From Okamejei kenojei (Eukaryota): DNA of 64,000 nt. Below the pieces are notes generated by a model, which made no database searches, was not told where the DNA came from, and saw nothing but the letters and a program-made list of their open reading frames with translations. This document shows positions 1-12,926 of the stretch, piece by piece. The DNA is taken from assembly GCA_035221665.1 (NCBI GenBank), contig CM069138.1, forward strand, positions 86,738,001 through 86,802,000. Direction: 5' to 3'. The position numbers and the translations under genes are program-made. Every line of letters begins with the position of its first letter. Within the stretch, counting starts at the first letter, position 1.

Positions 1-157
1 TTCACCACCCTCCGACTAATGACATTTCTCCTCATCTCCTTCCTAAAAGAACATCCTTTAGTTCCTGAGGCATCTATGACATCTAGTCCTAGACTCTCCC
101 ATGAGTGGAAACATCCTCTCCACATCCACTCTATCCAAGCCTTTCACTATTCTGTAT
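1..157 (-). mobile_element. CR1 LINE 3'-region fragment (runs off window start)
   Basis: Similar to the CR1 ORF2 C-terminal region seen at 16380-16520 and 17530-17590 (ttcaccaccctc..atttctcctcatctc..agactctccc..aacatcctctccacatccactctatcc). Confidence 0.75.
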
Positions 158-439
158 TCTGAGATAATAATCAGTTGGTAATTGTTCAATACTAACTCAG
201 TGCAATCTGCTGAAAACGTTCATTGGGTCCTCAGTATTAGCAAAGGTACTCAAATTTTCATCGTATAAATTCTTAGGTGATTATGCCGCTCCATATATTA
301 AGATGACTAAAACTAATTAGTTAAAATCAAGTAAATAACTGCTTATCTTCCCACAGATCTGCTAAGTATTCCCAACAGTTTCTGATTTTCATTTCAGCTA
401 AAACAAGATCCTTTATGAAAAAGCAAAATTAAGTTAAAA

Positions 440-1203
440 TTCAGGGACACTTTAAAAACATTTTATTAACCAAACATTTTAGTTTATAGTAAACACCATC
501 GAGTTTACCTTTTTGATAAATAAAATTGCAAGATAATGTTATACTCAAAGGGTTAATTATCAAACAGCAATGAAGGTTTCCATAAACACAACAAATTAAT
601 TAAAAAGGTATGCACTGCTGTGCAAGGCGCCAGAGGTTCACTCCCCTGAGCAATTTTCTTTGTACAAAAATAGATGCTAGAAAGTACAAGACAACAACAG
701 TCTGAAACAGAAAGGTACAAGTCCCTTTAAAATTGTGTTAGAAGCTTATTACTCGTCATGGAAGATCCCTGTGGCAATGCCAGCGTTCCCTTTTATCCCA
801 TCATCCCCAATAAACTGTGCTTGTAATTAAATAATATCTGAACAATTGTCCTCTTCAAAGGAGCCTCCACAGTTTTAAAGTCCACAATTTTTTCTATATT
901 TTTCTCCGCTTTCTTACTTCCACAACAATCTTCTCAGGATACTAAGCGATCCTGATTTCTTATTTCTGCATATGTAGTTTAAAAGGTTCAAAAATTGACG
1001 CTGTATTTTTAATATGTTTGCATGGTGCACTCTGTCCCTTGGGTAGAGCAGAACGGAGGGTGGGTAGGGAGATATCCTCTCATTTTTAATAGTTCTCACT
1101 GATTCTGGCTGGATAATCTTGCTTTTCCTTTACCTTACAATAACCAGGCAGCCATCACGGTGATGGCACCTGAAAAACTGTCACATCTTCAGCGACTGGA
1201 AGG
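440..1203 (-). other. Candidate terminal exon (short coding tail + 3' UTR) of an unidentified host gene
   Basis: Minus strand: branch-like GCTAAC (1236-1231), pyrimidine-rich AG-free stretch, CAG acceptor at 1206-1204. All three frames stop quickly (PSSR*, xFQSLKM*, xLPVAEDVTVFQVPSP*). About 700 nt of repeat-free UTR-like sequence, AATAAA at 467-462, then GU/U-rich sequence. No protein recognised. Confidence 0.35.
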
Positions 1204-1489
1204 CTGTCAGTGTCGGTAGAAGCAAACAATGTTAGCATCAAAGCAAAAAATAAGCTAAGAAATGAATTAAAAAGTCTGATTCAATAGGTCGTGAACACAT
1301 GGGGGCAGGGATCCCAACATGCAATTAACCTCCGTCCGCACGGGATAATGCATGCAGCACACAACCCCTGTGCTGCCCGCTAATTGTGAGGGCTTCAGCA
1401 GTGAATCAATACTGAGTGGCGACTGTAGCATCACCAAAGCCAGCCTTTACTTCTGAGGAAAGAAGCAGAGATTGAAGCAGGTGCTAAAT

Positions 1490-1830
1490 TCATCATCGTT
1501 GAAACCATCAGCGACGCAGCGGTGCTGGTTTCCGACGGGCACGGTGACAGACGCACCCCACATCTCTGTCCTCCATGCAGCTGGCAAGCTCCTCGTTTGT
1601 CTCTACACATGCGCGTCCATCAATGTCTTCAGCATCGCCTTGATTGACCATCCCGGGTCGCGTCTCCCATGGCTGGGCTCCCACAGCACGACCTTGTTTG
1701 CTGGCATTTCTGGGTGGCAGTGACCAGCGAGCCTCATCCTTCTCCACCTGATCTTCTCGGTCAGAGGTGGAATCTCCCCAGCGAGCAGGGCGTTGGTGAT
1801 GTGCTCCCTCCAACTGACATTTTGAACTAA
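1490..1830 (-). mobile_element. RTE-clade LINE 3' fragment
   Basis: A frame not shown in the ORF track reads QNVSWREHITNALLAGEIPPLTEKIRWRRMRLAGHCHPEMPANKVVLWEPSHGRRDPG, matching the RTE ORF C-terminal motif (VSW..H.TN...IR.RR.RLAGH...LWEP.HG.R..G). Ends in a short (GAT)n tail. Confidence 0.8.
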
Positions 1831-2152
1831 AATGTTTGAGCTAAGGCTGTTTCACATTTCAGGCTAGCTGGGAAAACTGAAGATGGCATTCATACTCAGG
1901 AACATGGGATCCATTGGGATTTCAAACAAGGTAACATAACATTTGGTGAGGGTGGTGAACAGATGAAAGATGTCCTATATCACAGGAGATCTGGAGACCT
2001 TCAGAGTCAAACACGGAAAGCAAAGGGAGCAGATTGCCCTGGAGGTCTAGCTCTGATGTACTAAATGCTAAGCCACGCGAAGTTCAAGCAGGAGTCAGGT
2101 TCAGTGAATGCGTCCTCAAATCCGAGCAACCATCGGTTGTACACTACACACT

Positions 2153-2269
2153 TCACCCGAAACGTCACCCATTCCTTCTCTCCAGAGATGCTGCCTGTCT
2201 CGCTGAGTTACTCCAGCATTTTGTGTCTATCTTCGGTGTAAACCAGCATCTGCAGTTCCACCCTACACA
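2153..2269 (+). mobile_element. Penelope pLTR-derived short insertion (5'-truncated inside the hammerhead)
   Basis: cccgaaacgtcacccattccttctctccagagatgctgcctgtc...ccagcatctgcagttcc is the same family as the 3' pLTR at 46530-46660. Confidence 0.8.
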
Positions 2270-2319
2270 AACCCCTTGCTGTCGTATTTATCAGACCTTA
2301 TATAATTGTTTACCATACA

Positions 2320-2427
2320 AGGGATAGGGGAGAAAGCAGGAACACGGACGGTACTGATTCTGGATCAGCCTTGATCAAGGGGCCAAATGGCCTACTCCTG
2401 CACCTATTTTCTATGTTTCTATGTTTC
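2320..2427 (+). mobile_element. CR1 3' tail
   Basis: gggatagggg..ggccaaatggcctactcctgcacctattttctatgtttctatgttt, the same tail as 37375-37482. Confidence 0.75.
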
Positions 2428-2562
2428 AATAGTCACAGAAAGCCATCTATTTGATGCTATTTATGAATGAAGTTCATGTTCATGGCAAGTCGATATAATC
2501 ATGGAATATTTTCCTGAAATCCATTTGACAGAGCTAACCAAATTAAAAAGATGTCGTCATTT

Positions 2563-2690
2563 ATATGGAGGGGTATGGTCTGAGTGCAGGTAGATGGGAC
2601 TAGGGGAAAACAAATGGTCGGCACGGACTGGAAGGGCCGAGAGGGCCTGTTTCCGTGCTGTAATTGTTATATGGTTATATGGTTATATGG
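2563..2690 (+). mobile_element. CR1 3' tail with (TTATATGG)n terminal microsatellite
   Basis: ..gggccgagagggcctgtttccgtgctgtaattgttatatggttatatggttatatgg; 3' stem shared with the HE1 SINE tail. Confidence 0.7.
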
Positions 2691-3802
2691 CATGTCAGAG
2701 ATTTTCAGAGGGAAAAATATATTTAGGTATTGACATTATTGTTGAGAGGAAGCAATCTTACGGTTAAAAAGAAAGAATGAAAAGAAAATGGAAGAAGGGT
2801 CCTTTTGCTGGACAACGAGGAAAGATCCTCTCAAATACAATATGCACAGTTAGTGGTCAGTGCCAGCACATCACACCAAAATGCACTAAAATTAGTTCAT
2901 AGCATCCATCTGCCGATCTGTGTCATTTACACCGCAAAATGGCACACAACTGTAAATGAACATTAGGTTACAGAGATGTCACGGCAAAAAAGGGGGCAAA
3001 TTAATATATTTCACATTGTGCTTCACAAGAGAATACTGCATAGTACATTACTGTCAGGACACAGGCAAAATAGAATCTAGTTGTATCTGACTATGTTCAT
3101 GCACCAAACAAGCTGCTATGTTTTTTCAAGCAGCTGGATGTTGTGCCAGGTAAAACTCGTACAAATGCGGAAACAAAAGGAAAAGATACACTTTACACCG
3201 TGGCTTTGTTAAAAATGGCACTTTCAACAGATCCATGAAGTTGGTGTTGAAATAGCTTTCTTGTAAATGGAAAACTTGGAAATTGAATGGTGTTGATTAA
3301 TAACTGGTGTAACAACACTTCATGAGTTTTAATACCAGAGTGAAAATAGTTCATACAATTGCTTCCCATATTTATTTAAATATAGTTTCTTTCTAATAAA
3401 AGGTTCCGAATTCTCAAATGCTGTTTCGTTTTTGAAAAAATTAATTGCAGGAAGTGTAGACGGCTGTTAAATGTATCTTTCCTCATTCGCTTCCTGATAC
3501 CTTCCTCCTCTTAGGAGTTAAAATTAACTTCCTTATGCTGAGAAAATGCCACAGACTTCAAACTACTATCAATCTATATAATTTGGATCAGATCAGCAGT
3601 TAAAATTGTTCGTACGATTACAAGTGTATTTGTAGTGTAGCTGTATAATTGTCAGTATGCTTTCCATGGTACAGTTCTGCAAAAGTGAGCCATCATTTTC
3701 AATGTTGTTTATACTCCTTTAGAAGTTTGTGGTGGGCGTAGGTAGAAAGTTCAATGTTTGAATACCAGTGGATTGTTGAAATTGTAGTTAGAATAGAAGC
3801 AA

Positions 3803-4933
3803 GGGATTTGACAAGGTTCTGCACTGTAGGCTGCTGTGGAAGGTTAGATCACATGGGATCCAAGGAGAGATAGCCAAATGGATATAAAATTGGCATCATG
3901 GAAGGATGGAGGAAAATAGTTTTTTTGCACTGGAAGTCTGTGACTAGTGGTTTGCCTCAGAGTTCGGCGCTGGCTCCATTGCAGTTTGCCACCTAGATCA
4001 ATAATTTGGATGAGAACGTAATGATCAGTAAGTTTGCAGATGACACTAAAATGGATGGTATTGTAAATAGTGAACTTGGCTGTCAAACATTGCAGCAGGA
4101 TCTTGATCGGTTGGGCAGGTGGGCTGAGGAATGGCCGTTGGAGTTTAACACGGAGAAGTGTGAGGAGTTCCATTTTGGGAAGTTTAACCAGGACAGCACC
4201 TACACAGTGAATGGCAGGGGATGTGGGAGGTGAAGTAGAGCAGGTGGATTTAGGAATGCAGGAACATAGTTCTTTGAAAATGGTGTCACAGATAGATAGG
4301 GTGGTCAAGAAGGCCTTCGACATATTGGCATTCATTGGTCAGGGTATTGAGGATAGACGTTGGGAGGACATTTTACCGTTGTACAAGATATTGGTGAGGC
4401 CACATTTAGATATTGTGTTCATGCTGATTCACCCTGTTATGGGAAAGATGTTGTTAAGTTGGAACGGGCACAGAGAAGATTTACGAGGATGGTGCCAGAA
4501 CTCGAGGGCCTGAGTTATAGGGAGAGGATGAGCGGGCTAGGACTTTATTCCTTGGAGTGCATAGATCATGAGAGGAATAGATGGGATAAATGCACAGTCC
4601 TTTACCCAGAGTGGGGAATCATGAAACCGAGAACATATGTTTAAGGTGAGGTGGGGGGGGGGGGGGGGCGGGGGGGGGGGGGGGGTGATTTAATAGGATC
4701 TTGGAGGCTATACCTTTTTTATACAAAGGGTGGTCGGTATGTGGAATAAGCTGCCAAAAGAGGTCGCTGAGGCAGGTACTACTATGTTTAAAAAACATTG
4801 GACAGGTACATGGATAAGATAGGTTTAGAGGGATATGGGCCAAAGGCAGGCAGGTGGGACTAGTGTAGATGGGGCATGTTGGTCGGCGTGTTCAAGTTAG
4901 GCCGGAGTGCCTGTTTCCACGCTGTATGACTCT
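3803..4933 (+). mobile_element. 5'-truncated CR1 LINE (RT domain to 3' tail), frameshifted
   Basis: ORF pieces ISKFADDTK..LQQDLDRL..W.LEFNTEKCE, LYKILVRPHL, LERAQRRFTRMVPELEGLSYRER; 3' tail gcctgtttccacgctgtatgactct. Confidence 0.92.
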
Positions 4934-6489
4934 GAGATGCCCCATGTGATGATAGCACCTACAGGTTGTAGTTCTGGATGGTCAATCCAATGTATGTCCT
5001 TGCAAACTGAATGACAAATTCCTGCCAAACATTGACAATTTGTTTATGCACAGCCTGAGTGCTGCGTTTCAGTGCCAAAATGACTCCCTTTTAAATATTA
5101 TCCTTTTCAGGAAATCCAAGAGAGCACACCTCCAGCAGCAAATGAGATCAGAGGTCATTCACAACAGCAGAATATCATTTGGCACTGAGGGAAACGGCAA
5201 CTCGCAAGCCTCTCACCGCAGATAAAAACTGAAAAGATTACTGATGATTCTGGAGGATGGATTCTAATGGCACAAAGCGGCAAGTGACCCTAGAACCAGC
5301 AAAACCCCTCAACTCATTCAGAGATAATGATACATTAGTGCACTGCAAGGAACACCAATAATCTTCTCTGAAATTTTGGTTATCAGAACTATTTCCAGCC
5401 ATCTTTTCTTCTCTCCTGCTATAAATTTGTGGTATATTTTAATTGGTACAACTATCTGACATTGAGTCAGTGATCTCCCTGATAGGTGCATTCCATTCCT
5501 CTGCCTACAGTAAGCAGAAAACTGCTCTTTTCTGCGGAAATCATTTTTTTCGAAGACGTATTGAAACTATGCAATATTTCAGAAGCAAGCAGTCTATTTA
5601 GTTAAATACTCTAAATGCCATGCTAAATACTCTACAGGCATTATAATATATCACATATTTCACACGCCCTTCCAGCCTAGGAAGCCTGCCAAAACCACAT
5701 TTCAGTGATCAACATTCATGGCAATCATTGCCAAATATATTTAACTGCCATGTCCATTTACCTGGCACAGCACAGATGTAAATCTGTAAAAAAGGTGTCC
5801 ATTTTCAGGATCTGCATGTTACTGACATCCCTAATTACTCGTAATAAGGTGGTGGTGAGTTGCCTTCCTCATCTTCTGCCTTTCTCAACTGCTGCTGTCT
5901 TTCTGGGAAAGGTAATCAATCACACAGTGGACATCACAGAATATTTGTAGATCAGTAAGTTTTCAGACTTTGATTTTGGAAAACTGTATTCAAAACAAAC
6001 AAAAGGCAAGTTTACCAGCAATATGTTTGAACTAAAGTGGGTGTCCTGATTAGTGATGAAACAGACCCCTTGAGTTCTGGAGAGGCCTTTCCCCACATAT
6101 TAGTTATAAACCGAAAACCGCACATTTAAAAGGTAAACAATGCTGAAAGAGATCCACGCCCTCCAAATTAGACAAAGTTCAGACTGAATTGCTAGTCCAT
6201 AAGGTATGCAAAAAGGCAGATAGTTCATCAGGAATTATATAAGGCACTTGCAAAATAGCCTGTTCCAAGGGGCAGGGCACAATTCACAAGGATTTGTATA
6301 GACTATTACAAAATGACTCAATTATGAAGATATTTACCTACCCAAACACAATGTTCACTGACCTATAAGAGCACCTGATCAAACAACACTACATTTGTGA
6401 TTCTCAGCCTTGCTTTCTACTCCCCGTACAACCTTGCTCCGCCACATCTCCGTAGCTTCCAGCACACTTGCAACCTTCAGAGATCCTTA

Positions 6490-6711
6490 AGGGCCTGTCC
6501 CACTTGGGCACCATTGGCGCGTCACGCAGGTGGCGTGCAAAGATTTTGTGAATCCCAAAATCCTGGGGGCCGCGCGTGACCGCGCGTCACTGCCTATGTC
6601 ACCACGAACCATGCGCGTGTGATGCACGCCATGCGCGCATCGTGCGTGTTGTGACGAGTAAACGGTGTCGCGTAAAAGACGCACAAATGACGCCCAAGTG
6701 GGACAGGCCCT
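6490..6711. mobile_element. PIF/Harbinger-type MITE (family A)
   Basis: Perfect 20-bp TIR AGGGCCTGTCCCACTTGGGC; flanks TTA/ATA (TWA-like 3-bp TSD, one mismatch); CpG-rich interior. Confidence 0.85.
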
Positions 6712-6969
6712 ATACACATTTTCAAGCCTAGCCTCTTGCATATCGGACAGCTCCAACACTAAGCTTTGCCTTCAGTTGCACGTCCTATCCCCCCAGGAGT
6801 CGCTTCTTAAACCTTTCTGCCTCTCTCTGTTCGAACCCTGTTCTACGCTTTGCCTTTGGTCACCTACCCCAATATGAACATGCAACTCAGTGTCAATTTT
6901 GTTTAATATCATTTTTGTGGGGATATTTTATCATTAGCAAAGACACCGCTTTGAAGCACTTCCATTCAT

Positions 6970-7003
6970 GGTCTGAGGAAGGGTCTCGACCCGAAACGTC
7001 GCC
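6970..7003 (+). ncRNA. Minimal type I hammerhead ribozyme motif (Penelope-associated)
   Basis: CUGAGGA (6973-79), extra A, stem II GGGUC-UC-GACCC, GAAAC (6993-97), GUC cleavage triplet (6998-7000). Stem III is the palindrome ACGU. Short stem I ggu/gcc. Confidence 0.7.
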
Positions 7004-7068
7004 TATTCCTTCGCTCCACAGATGCTGCCTCACCCACTGAGTTTCTTCAGCATTTTTGTCTAACTTCA
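6970..7068 (+). mobile_element. Penelope pLTR solo fragment
   Basis: gtctgaggaagggtctcgacccgaaacgtcgcctattccttcgctccacagatgctgcc...agcatttttgtcta. Confidence 0.8.
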
Positions 7069-7599
7069 GTTAGCAAACTGTTCACTTTGGTGAGAACAAG
7101 AACAACAACATAAAGGTGGGAGTGAAAATATTCAGTCAAAGTATACACATCAAATCGTCAAATCGATAGTTTTCCAAATGGTGGTGTCTGAACTTACAAT
7201 TGTTTTTTTCTCCATATGTGGTACATAGCCCCCAGAAAAGAAGGGTGCTTTTGTTTTTAGCCCATATTGTATTGCTCCAATTTCAGGACACCGTGGGTTC
7301 AGGCTACACCCTTACAAAGCTTAAATTTGCGACTTCTGCAAATCTTCTTTACTACAGGAAGTGATATCCTGGACATGCTACAATAAAAATCCAGTACGCT
7401 CGTAAAAATAAGGAAGGCAACTATAATGAAGTGATAATAATGAAGGCAACCACTTTACAGAATAATCTGATCACTCGGTTTTGTCAGGTGCTTCTGTTTT
7501 GGGGAAGATCATTTTCAACTGAAGGTTCCAAGCAAGTCCGTTGAAAATAATGCTTTGAACTTCGATGAGATTGTATGCAAAGCACACTGCCTTGAGGAA

Positions 7600-7975
7600 T
7601 GTTTGAACAAAGGGTGAAGGTTAAAGGAGTTGTAGTTAGCAGCAATGAAGTATAAGATGCCCCGGTATTGGTCAGGTATTGTGAATCATCATTTCTTCTG
7701 TGACTCAATACAAAGTAGTCAGATTTCCATTGATGCTAATCTGGTGGGGGAGGTAATTCAAGGGAGATAGCTCAGAAATGTCTGTGTCAGTGGGATAAAA
7801 AATAGGCATGTGGGCAGAAAATGACAGATAAAAATCTATGTAGAAAAAATGCAAGGTACATCACATTAAGTAAGAAAATTATCTGATCCAGTGATCCTGG
7901 TAAATTGAAAGCGCACCTTGATCAGTAAATGCAAAGACAGTCAATAAAACTAAGGGCATGTTAAAGTACACAGCT
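7600..7975 (+). mobile_element. Old, highly decayed CR1 fragment
   Basis: Residual similarity to the CR1 RT region (gtgggcagaaaatgacagataaaaatctatgtagaaaaaatgcaaggtacatcac ~ WA..WQM.FN..KC.V.H). Confidence 0.45.
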
Positions 7976-7979
7976 CTCA

Positions 7980-9252
7980 GTACACTGTCAGTGTGCTTTC
8001 CATTGTACACCCGCAGAAGGTTGAACGAGTATTGGGCAATATGCCAAATCTCCACCCACCTCTGAGGAGGTAGAGGCGTGGTCAGCTTTCTCGTGATTGC
8101 ATCAACTTGTTGAGGCCAGGGCAGATCATCAGATATGTGTAGGCCCAGGAACTTGAAGCCGTTGATTTTCTCCACCTCTGTCCCGCCAATGAGGACAAGT
8201 GCGTGGTTCCTCGGCCTTCCCTTCCTGGAGGCAGCAATCCGCTCCTTGGTCTTGCTAACGGTGAAAGCAAGGTTCTTGATTAACCAGAGTTCAACCGGTC
8301 TATTGATCTCCTCCTAAGCTCTGGCCCGTCCGCTACCTGTTATTCATCCAGCAATGGTGGCATCGTCGCTGCATTTAAAGATGGCTTTGGAGCTGTGTCT
8401 GGATGCACAGTAATGGATGTAGAGATAGTAGAGCAGGCTTTGAACACACAGACTTCAGGCGCTTCTGTGTGGATGGTTAGTGAAGAGGTGTTGATGGAGC
8501 CAATCATACTGATTGAGGTCTGCCGATGAGGAACATGAGGAGCCAGTTGCAGAGCCAGTCCCCGAGCTTGGCGATGAGTTTGTACGGGATGATGATGTGA
8601 AATGCCGACCTGTAGTCAACGAATAACAGCGTGGCATATGTGTTCCTGTTGTCCAAGAGGTCCAGCGCAGAGTGGAAGCCAGCATGATCGCACCCATTGT
8701 TGCTCTGTTGTAGGAGTAAGCCAATTGAAGGGGATCCTGATCATTACTAAGGCGGGAGTTCATTTGCATCTTAAGTAATCTCTCAAAGAACTTCATCACA
8801 AAGACATGATTGCCACCAGTCGCTAATCATTCAGTATGTTGCCTTGCTCTTCCTGGGCTCTGGTATTATGCGTGTCCTGTCAATGCAGGTGGGTACCTCA
8901 GACAGCGATAGTGAGAAGTTTAAGATGTCAGTAAAATTTACAACTACTGTTGCCCTCTTTGATGACCCTCGGACTAATTCCTTGATCGGACTTTACTGGC
9001 TCTACCCTTGCACTAATCCCTTATCATGTATCTCCACACCGTAAATGGCTCGATTGTAATCATGTATTGTCTTTCTGCTGACCGGTTAGCACGCAACAAA
9101 GGCTGTTCACTGTAACTTAGTACACGTGACAATAAACTGAACTCAACTAACTAACTGAAATCTCCAGCCAGTTGGTTTGTGCATGTTTCAAGAACGTGGT
9201 CAGGTACACCATCAAGGCTGGATGTTTTTTGAGGATTCACCCTCATCAATGC
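7980..9252 (-). mobile_element. Rex1/Babar-like LINE RT fragment, interrupted
   Basis: Minus-strand translation RVNPQKTSSLDGVP..LETCTNQLAG / LNFSLSLSEVPTC..IIPEPRK / MKFFERLL..QDPLQLAY / EKINGFKFLGLHISDDLPW: typical of Rex1/Babar RT. Confidence 0.85.
8938..9158 (+). mobile_element. LINE 3'-end fragment (Rex/Babar- or L2-like, (AACT)n tail) nested in the previous element
   Basis: Splits the host RT between ..NQLAGD and FTDILNF..; second copy at 43445-43640; ends cacgtgacaataaactgaactcaactaactaact. Confidence 0.7.
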
Positions 9253-9444
9253 ACAAGAACAGCTAATGAACATTGAATCTTCCACCTTCAAGTTGAAAAT
9301 TGAATATCGGGTGCATAATTTAGTCACAGAACCTCTAAAATAATCAGTTTAATATATATCAATCAAAATTACCTAAAAGTGTATTTGCCTCCATCAATTA
9401 ATTATTTTTCTTGCTTTAGAGCTACCAGATGAATTGATGGAGGT

Positions 9445-9592
9445 AACAACAGTTAAAAGACACTTGTTCACGTACATGGATAGGGAAGGTTTGGAAGCAT
9501 AAGCAAGTAGGACAAGCTTGATTAGGCATTTTGGTTGACATAGACAAGTTGGCCTGAAGGGCCTGTTTCTGTGCTGCATAGCTTTCTGACTC
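9445..9592 (+). mobile_element. CR1 3' tail
   Basis: tacatggatagggaaggtttgg..agttggcctgaagggcctgtttctgtgctgcatagctttctgact. Confidence 0.7.
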
Positions 9593-10754
9593 AATCCAAG
9601 AGCATTGTTTACAATGGCTGCAATCTGCAGGTTTGTTTTTCTATCAGTGCAATAATTACAATCTTAAATCCATCTGGAATGATTTCTTCATGAATTCTAG
9701 ATTTAATTTATTCAAACGTTCACTGCTCATAACATACTGCTAAAACAAAACCTAGCTTCCACTAAGTAACGCAGAACTCGGTTGTTGTTGCAGTTGGTAA
9801 CCTAGATAAACAGCCAGTTAACCCTGCATCATTCTTGCATTACACAAATCTACCTAGATAATGTTGAAACCAATAGCTACTATAATAAACATCCTAAAAA
9901 ATACAGAACACGGCCACAACTGCAATGAATAACCCAGGCAATGTAGAGCACCACCAGCTACATATCTAACGGAATAATTATTAGACTAAATGTTAAAGAG
10001 GCCTTGACAGACAATGTCAAATCAGAATGGACTGCAGATCTAGCTCAAAATTCCAATAATGCCCTCTGACATTCTGCAGTGACTACTGTAATGAACAAGA
10101 CATCTGGTATCCATTTGCATTTGAATGATGAGACACTGAACAGATATTAGCAAATACCAGACAAACTGCATAGAATGTGGGCACTTGTCCCAATAAATTG
10201 CTGGAGTTGCTACCTGGGTTTATTTTATAAACTTGGCTAAAACCTGGGGACATCTTGTACTGATGATTTATGGGTGGCATTTTGCAGGTTGATCCCCGTT
10301 TTTATCAGGGTTGCTAAGACTTCACGTACAAGAACATTCATGAAAAGTCTTCGCAGACAAGAATATTCATGAAAGTTCGTGCCCGGCAATCAACTCTCCC
10401 CTCTCAACCCTACCACCACATGCCTCATTGTACAATAGAATAGATACCAGTTTTGAAATGAGCGACCCTTCCCTGTTGCCCCTAACATTCCATGAAGGCT
10501 AGTCTTGCTCACCTGCTTAATATACCCCACTCTTTTGGCATTCTCCCCTAACCAGAGGGGGGCTCCAGGTAAAAAAAAAACAGAAGAAATAAAATATTCT
10601 GAGCACCAGAGCATTCCCAGAAATGGTATTTGTCAAACTTTTCTTTATAAAAGGCACAGCCTATCGCTATCATTCATACATGCTGGTTACCAAACAACAG
10701 AGATACGGTGCCTAACGTTACCAGTCATTTTCTTTTGGTCTATGAAAATTCACA

Positions 10755-11530
10755 AAATGTGTCAGTTTTGGGCATATTTATTTAATACATTAGGATGTAA
10801 AATCAAAGAATATAAGAATTAAGACATTGTATATAACAGCATTATGACTGTGTATGTTGTTTAATATTGCCCTGCCTTTAATCACACTTCATAGAAAGAT
10901 TACTCTTGGTCTCATTTCCCAATATCACACCAGTGAAGATTAGTGGTATTATTCTTGTATCCATATCTTTTTGATCCCTAGTGATAAGGACACAGCCAGA
11001 AGGGTGTTAAAATTGGTAAAATAATCTATGAATTTCAGATAACATTCATCAACTGCTTAAGCTTTCTGCTCTCACAGGTATGCATAATTCTGAGTGTGGG
11101 ATTGGCACTGTCGAGTGGATCCGATGTGAAGTGTTTGCTTTTAATCACACTGCAGAATCAAAACAATTTTTTTTTTAAACTCAGTGTGTTAATGTCATTG
11201 CAATTATCACTGCACAGTTTATTTAACCAGCTTTTAACTTACGAGTTCTGAAGCAGCCAACGAAAACACTAACAAGGACTATCAATCAGAAGACCAAAAG
11301 GACCATTCATTGAAGCACTGATTAGCCAGTATTGCTTTTAGGTCAACATTATTCAGTTTGGTCTTCTAAAACCGTAATGGAGGCACTGTTTTTGAATCTC
11401 TATGCTCAATCAGTACAGGAGTAGAATTTATACTTTGTTTTGCTAAACTTAAATACTAGCTCCGCCGCTAATAAACGAATGGTGTGTTTCACGCTGTCTT
11501 CCTCTTCGCTCCTTCATAGCAGTTTAACTG
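10755..11530 (-). other. Second candidate terminal exon / 3' UTR
   Basis: Minus strand ttttctttttgatttctcagcag (NAGNAG acceptor at 11533-11528). Frames give xVKLL* or QLNCYEGAKRKTA*. Repeat-free downstream sequence with AATAAA at 11223-11218 and 10782-10777. Confidence 0.25.
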
Positions 11531-12612
11531 CTGAGAAATCAAAAAGAAAATCAACTGAGCATAAATATTTAATAATAAAAGGGAGTGCATTTACATATTT
11601 TGGACATAGATTTTTGATTAGAAGACATTTTGTTTGTGAAATGGATGTATTTTAGATTTTCGTAAAGAATAAAGATGTCTTAAATGTGCGCGTTTCTTAG
11701 TTAGGTCATGAACACAGAATATTAACAAATATTTGACCAGAGCATATTGGGCTCTTACAATTTACATAAGTCCATTTTCATGTTTTTGCTCTCAAATAAT
11801 AACATGCATTATAATGTATTGCAAGACTAGTAAGAGACATCGCCCCAGAGAAGTGGCTGTGGCTGTAAAATACCAGTAGGGCTGGATTTTTTGGCAAGCC
11901 ATTAACTACTGGAGTGCTCAAATAAATGAGTAGCTTTAGAATTTATTTCAACTTCCTTTTTGTGGTCTGTTTTGTTTACTGTGTTTATAAGAACAGAAAA
12001 TAAAATAGATGGTTATATTAGTACTACCACAATTGCATTTTTAAATGTGACACCTGTGCTGGCAGTATCTATAGAGCAGAATCTTTTAGCAGATGGACTT
12101 TTGAGCAAACCTAGATTAAAAATCAATCACCACAAACAATGTTATACAACCTTTAGAAAGACCAGATCTAGAGTTTTGTACCTCAGCAGCATTTTAACCA
12201 CAACAATATCATAAAACTGCACGGTGCATTTCCTCAGGCTCGACTAACCACTGAAGTCTTGCAGGTACAATCCACTGACCCAAAATAGACCTTTACATTA
12301 ATGTGAATTTTAAGACTGGTGCTTTATGTCATAGACTGTTTATGAAACATGACTATTTTTCAATCTTAGAAAACTATTTTCATTTTGCAGAAATGCCTTT
12401 TATTTTTTTTACTTCAGAATTGAAACAGATATCCGGGGATTAAACTGCAAATGCACATGATGAAATTTCCGTGAATGTCATGTGCGCAGAATAGCTAATG
12501 GTTAAATGCAAGCCTAAAAATCTAAATAACAAGTTGGGTTATGCACAACGGCAGAAGAGCATCGGAGCAAAATACAAAATAGTAGCGTTTTGAACAAGAC
12601 CATTCCACCGGG

Positions 12613-12926
12613 TTTAGTTTAGTTTAGAGATACAGCGTGGAAACAGGTCCTTCGGCCCACCGAGTTCACACCGACCCGAGATCCCCAAACATTAACACTA
12701 TCCGACACAAACTAAAGACAATTTACACTTACACCAAGCCAATTAACCTACAAGCTTGTACGCCTTTGGAGTGTGGGAGGGAACCGAAGATTCTTGAGAA
12801 AATCCACGCGGTCACGGGGAGAACGTACAACCTCCGTACAGACAGCATTTGTAGTCGGGGTTAAACCCGCCTCTCCGGCGCTGCACACGTTGTAAGGCAG
12901 CAGCTCTACCTCGACCCCACCGTGCC
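12613..12926 (-). mobile_element. HE1-type tRNA-derived V-SINE
   Basis: tRNA-like head, central domain (gtacggaggttgtacgttctccccgtgacc..ttccctcccacactccaaag), CR1-derived tail ending (CTAAA)n. Confidence 0.88.

Noticed and set aside
1508-1813. 101-aa ORF as a host gene
   Set aside because: It is an alternative frame of the RTE relic.
11500-11530. VKLL* as the C-terminus of an SH3 protein such as ARHGAP10
   Set aside because: Upstream codons do not encode the required GLIP.NY motif.
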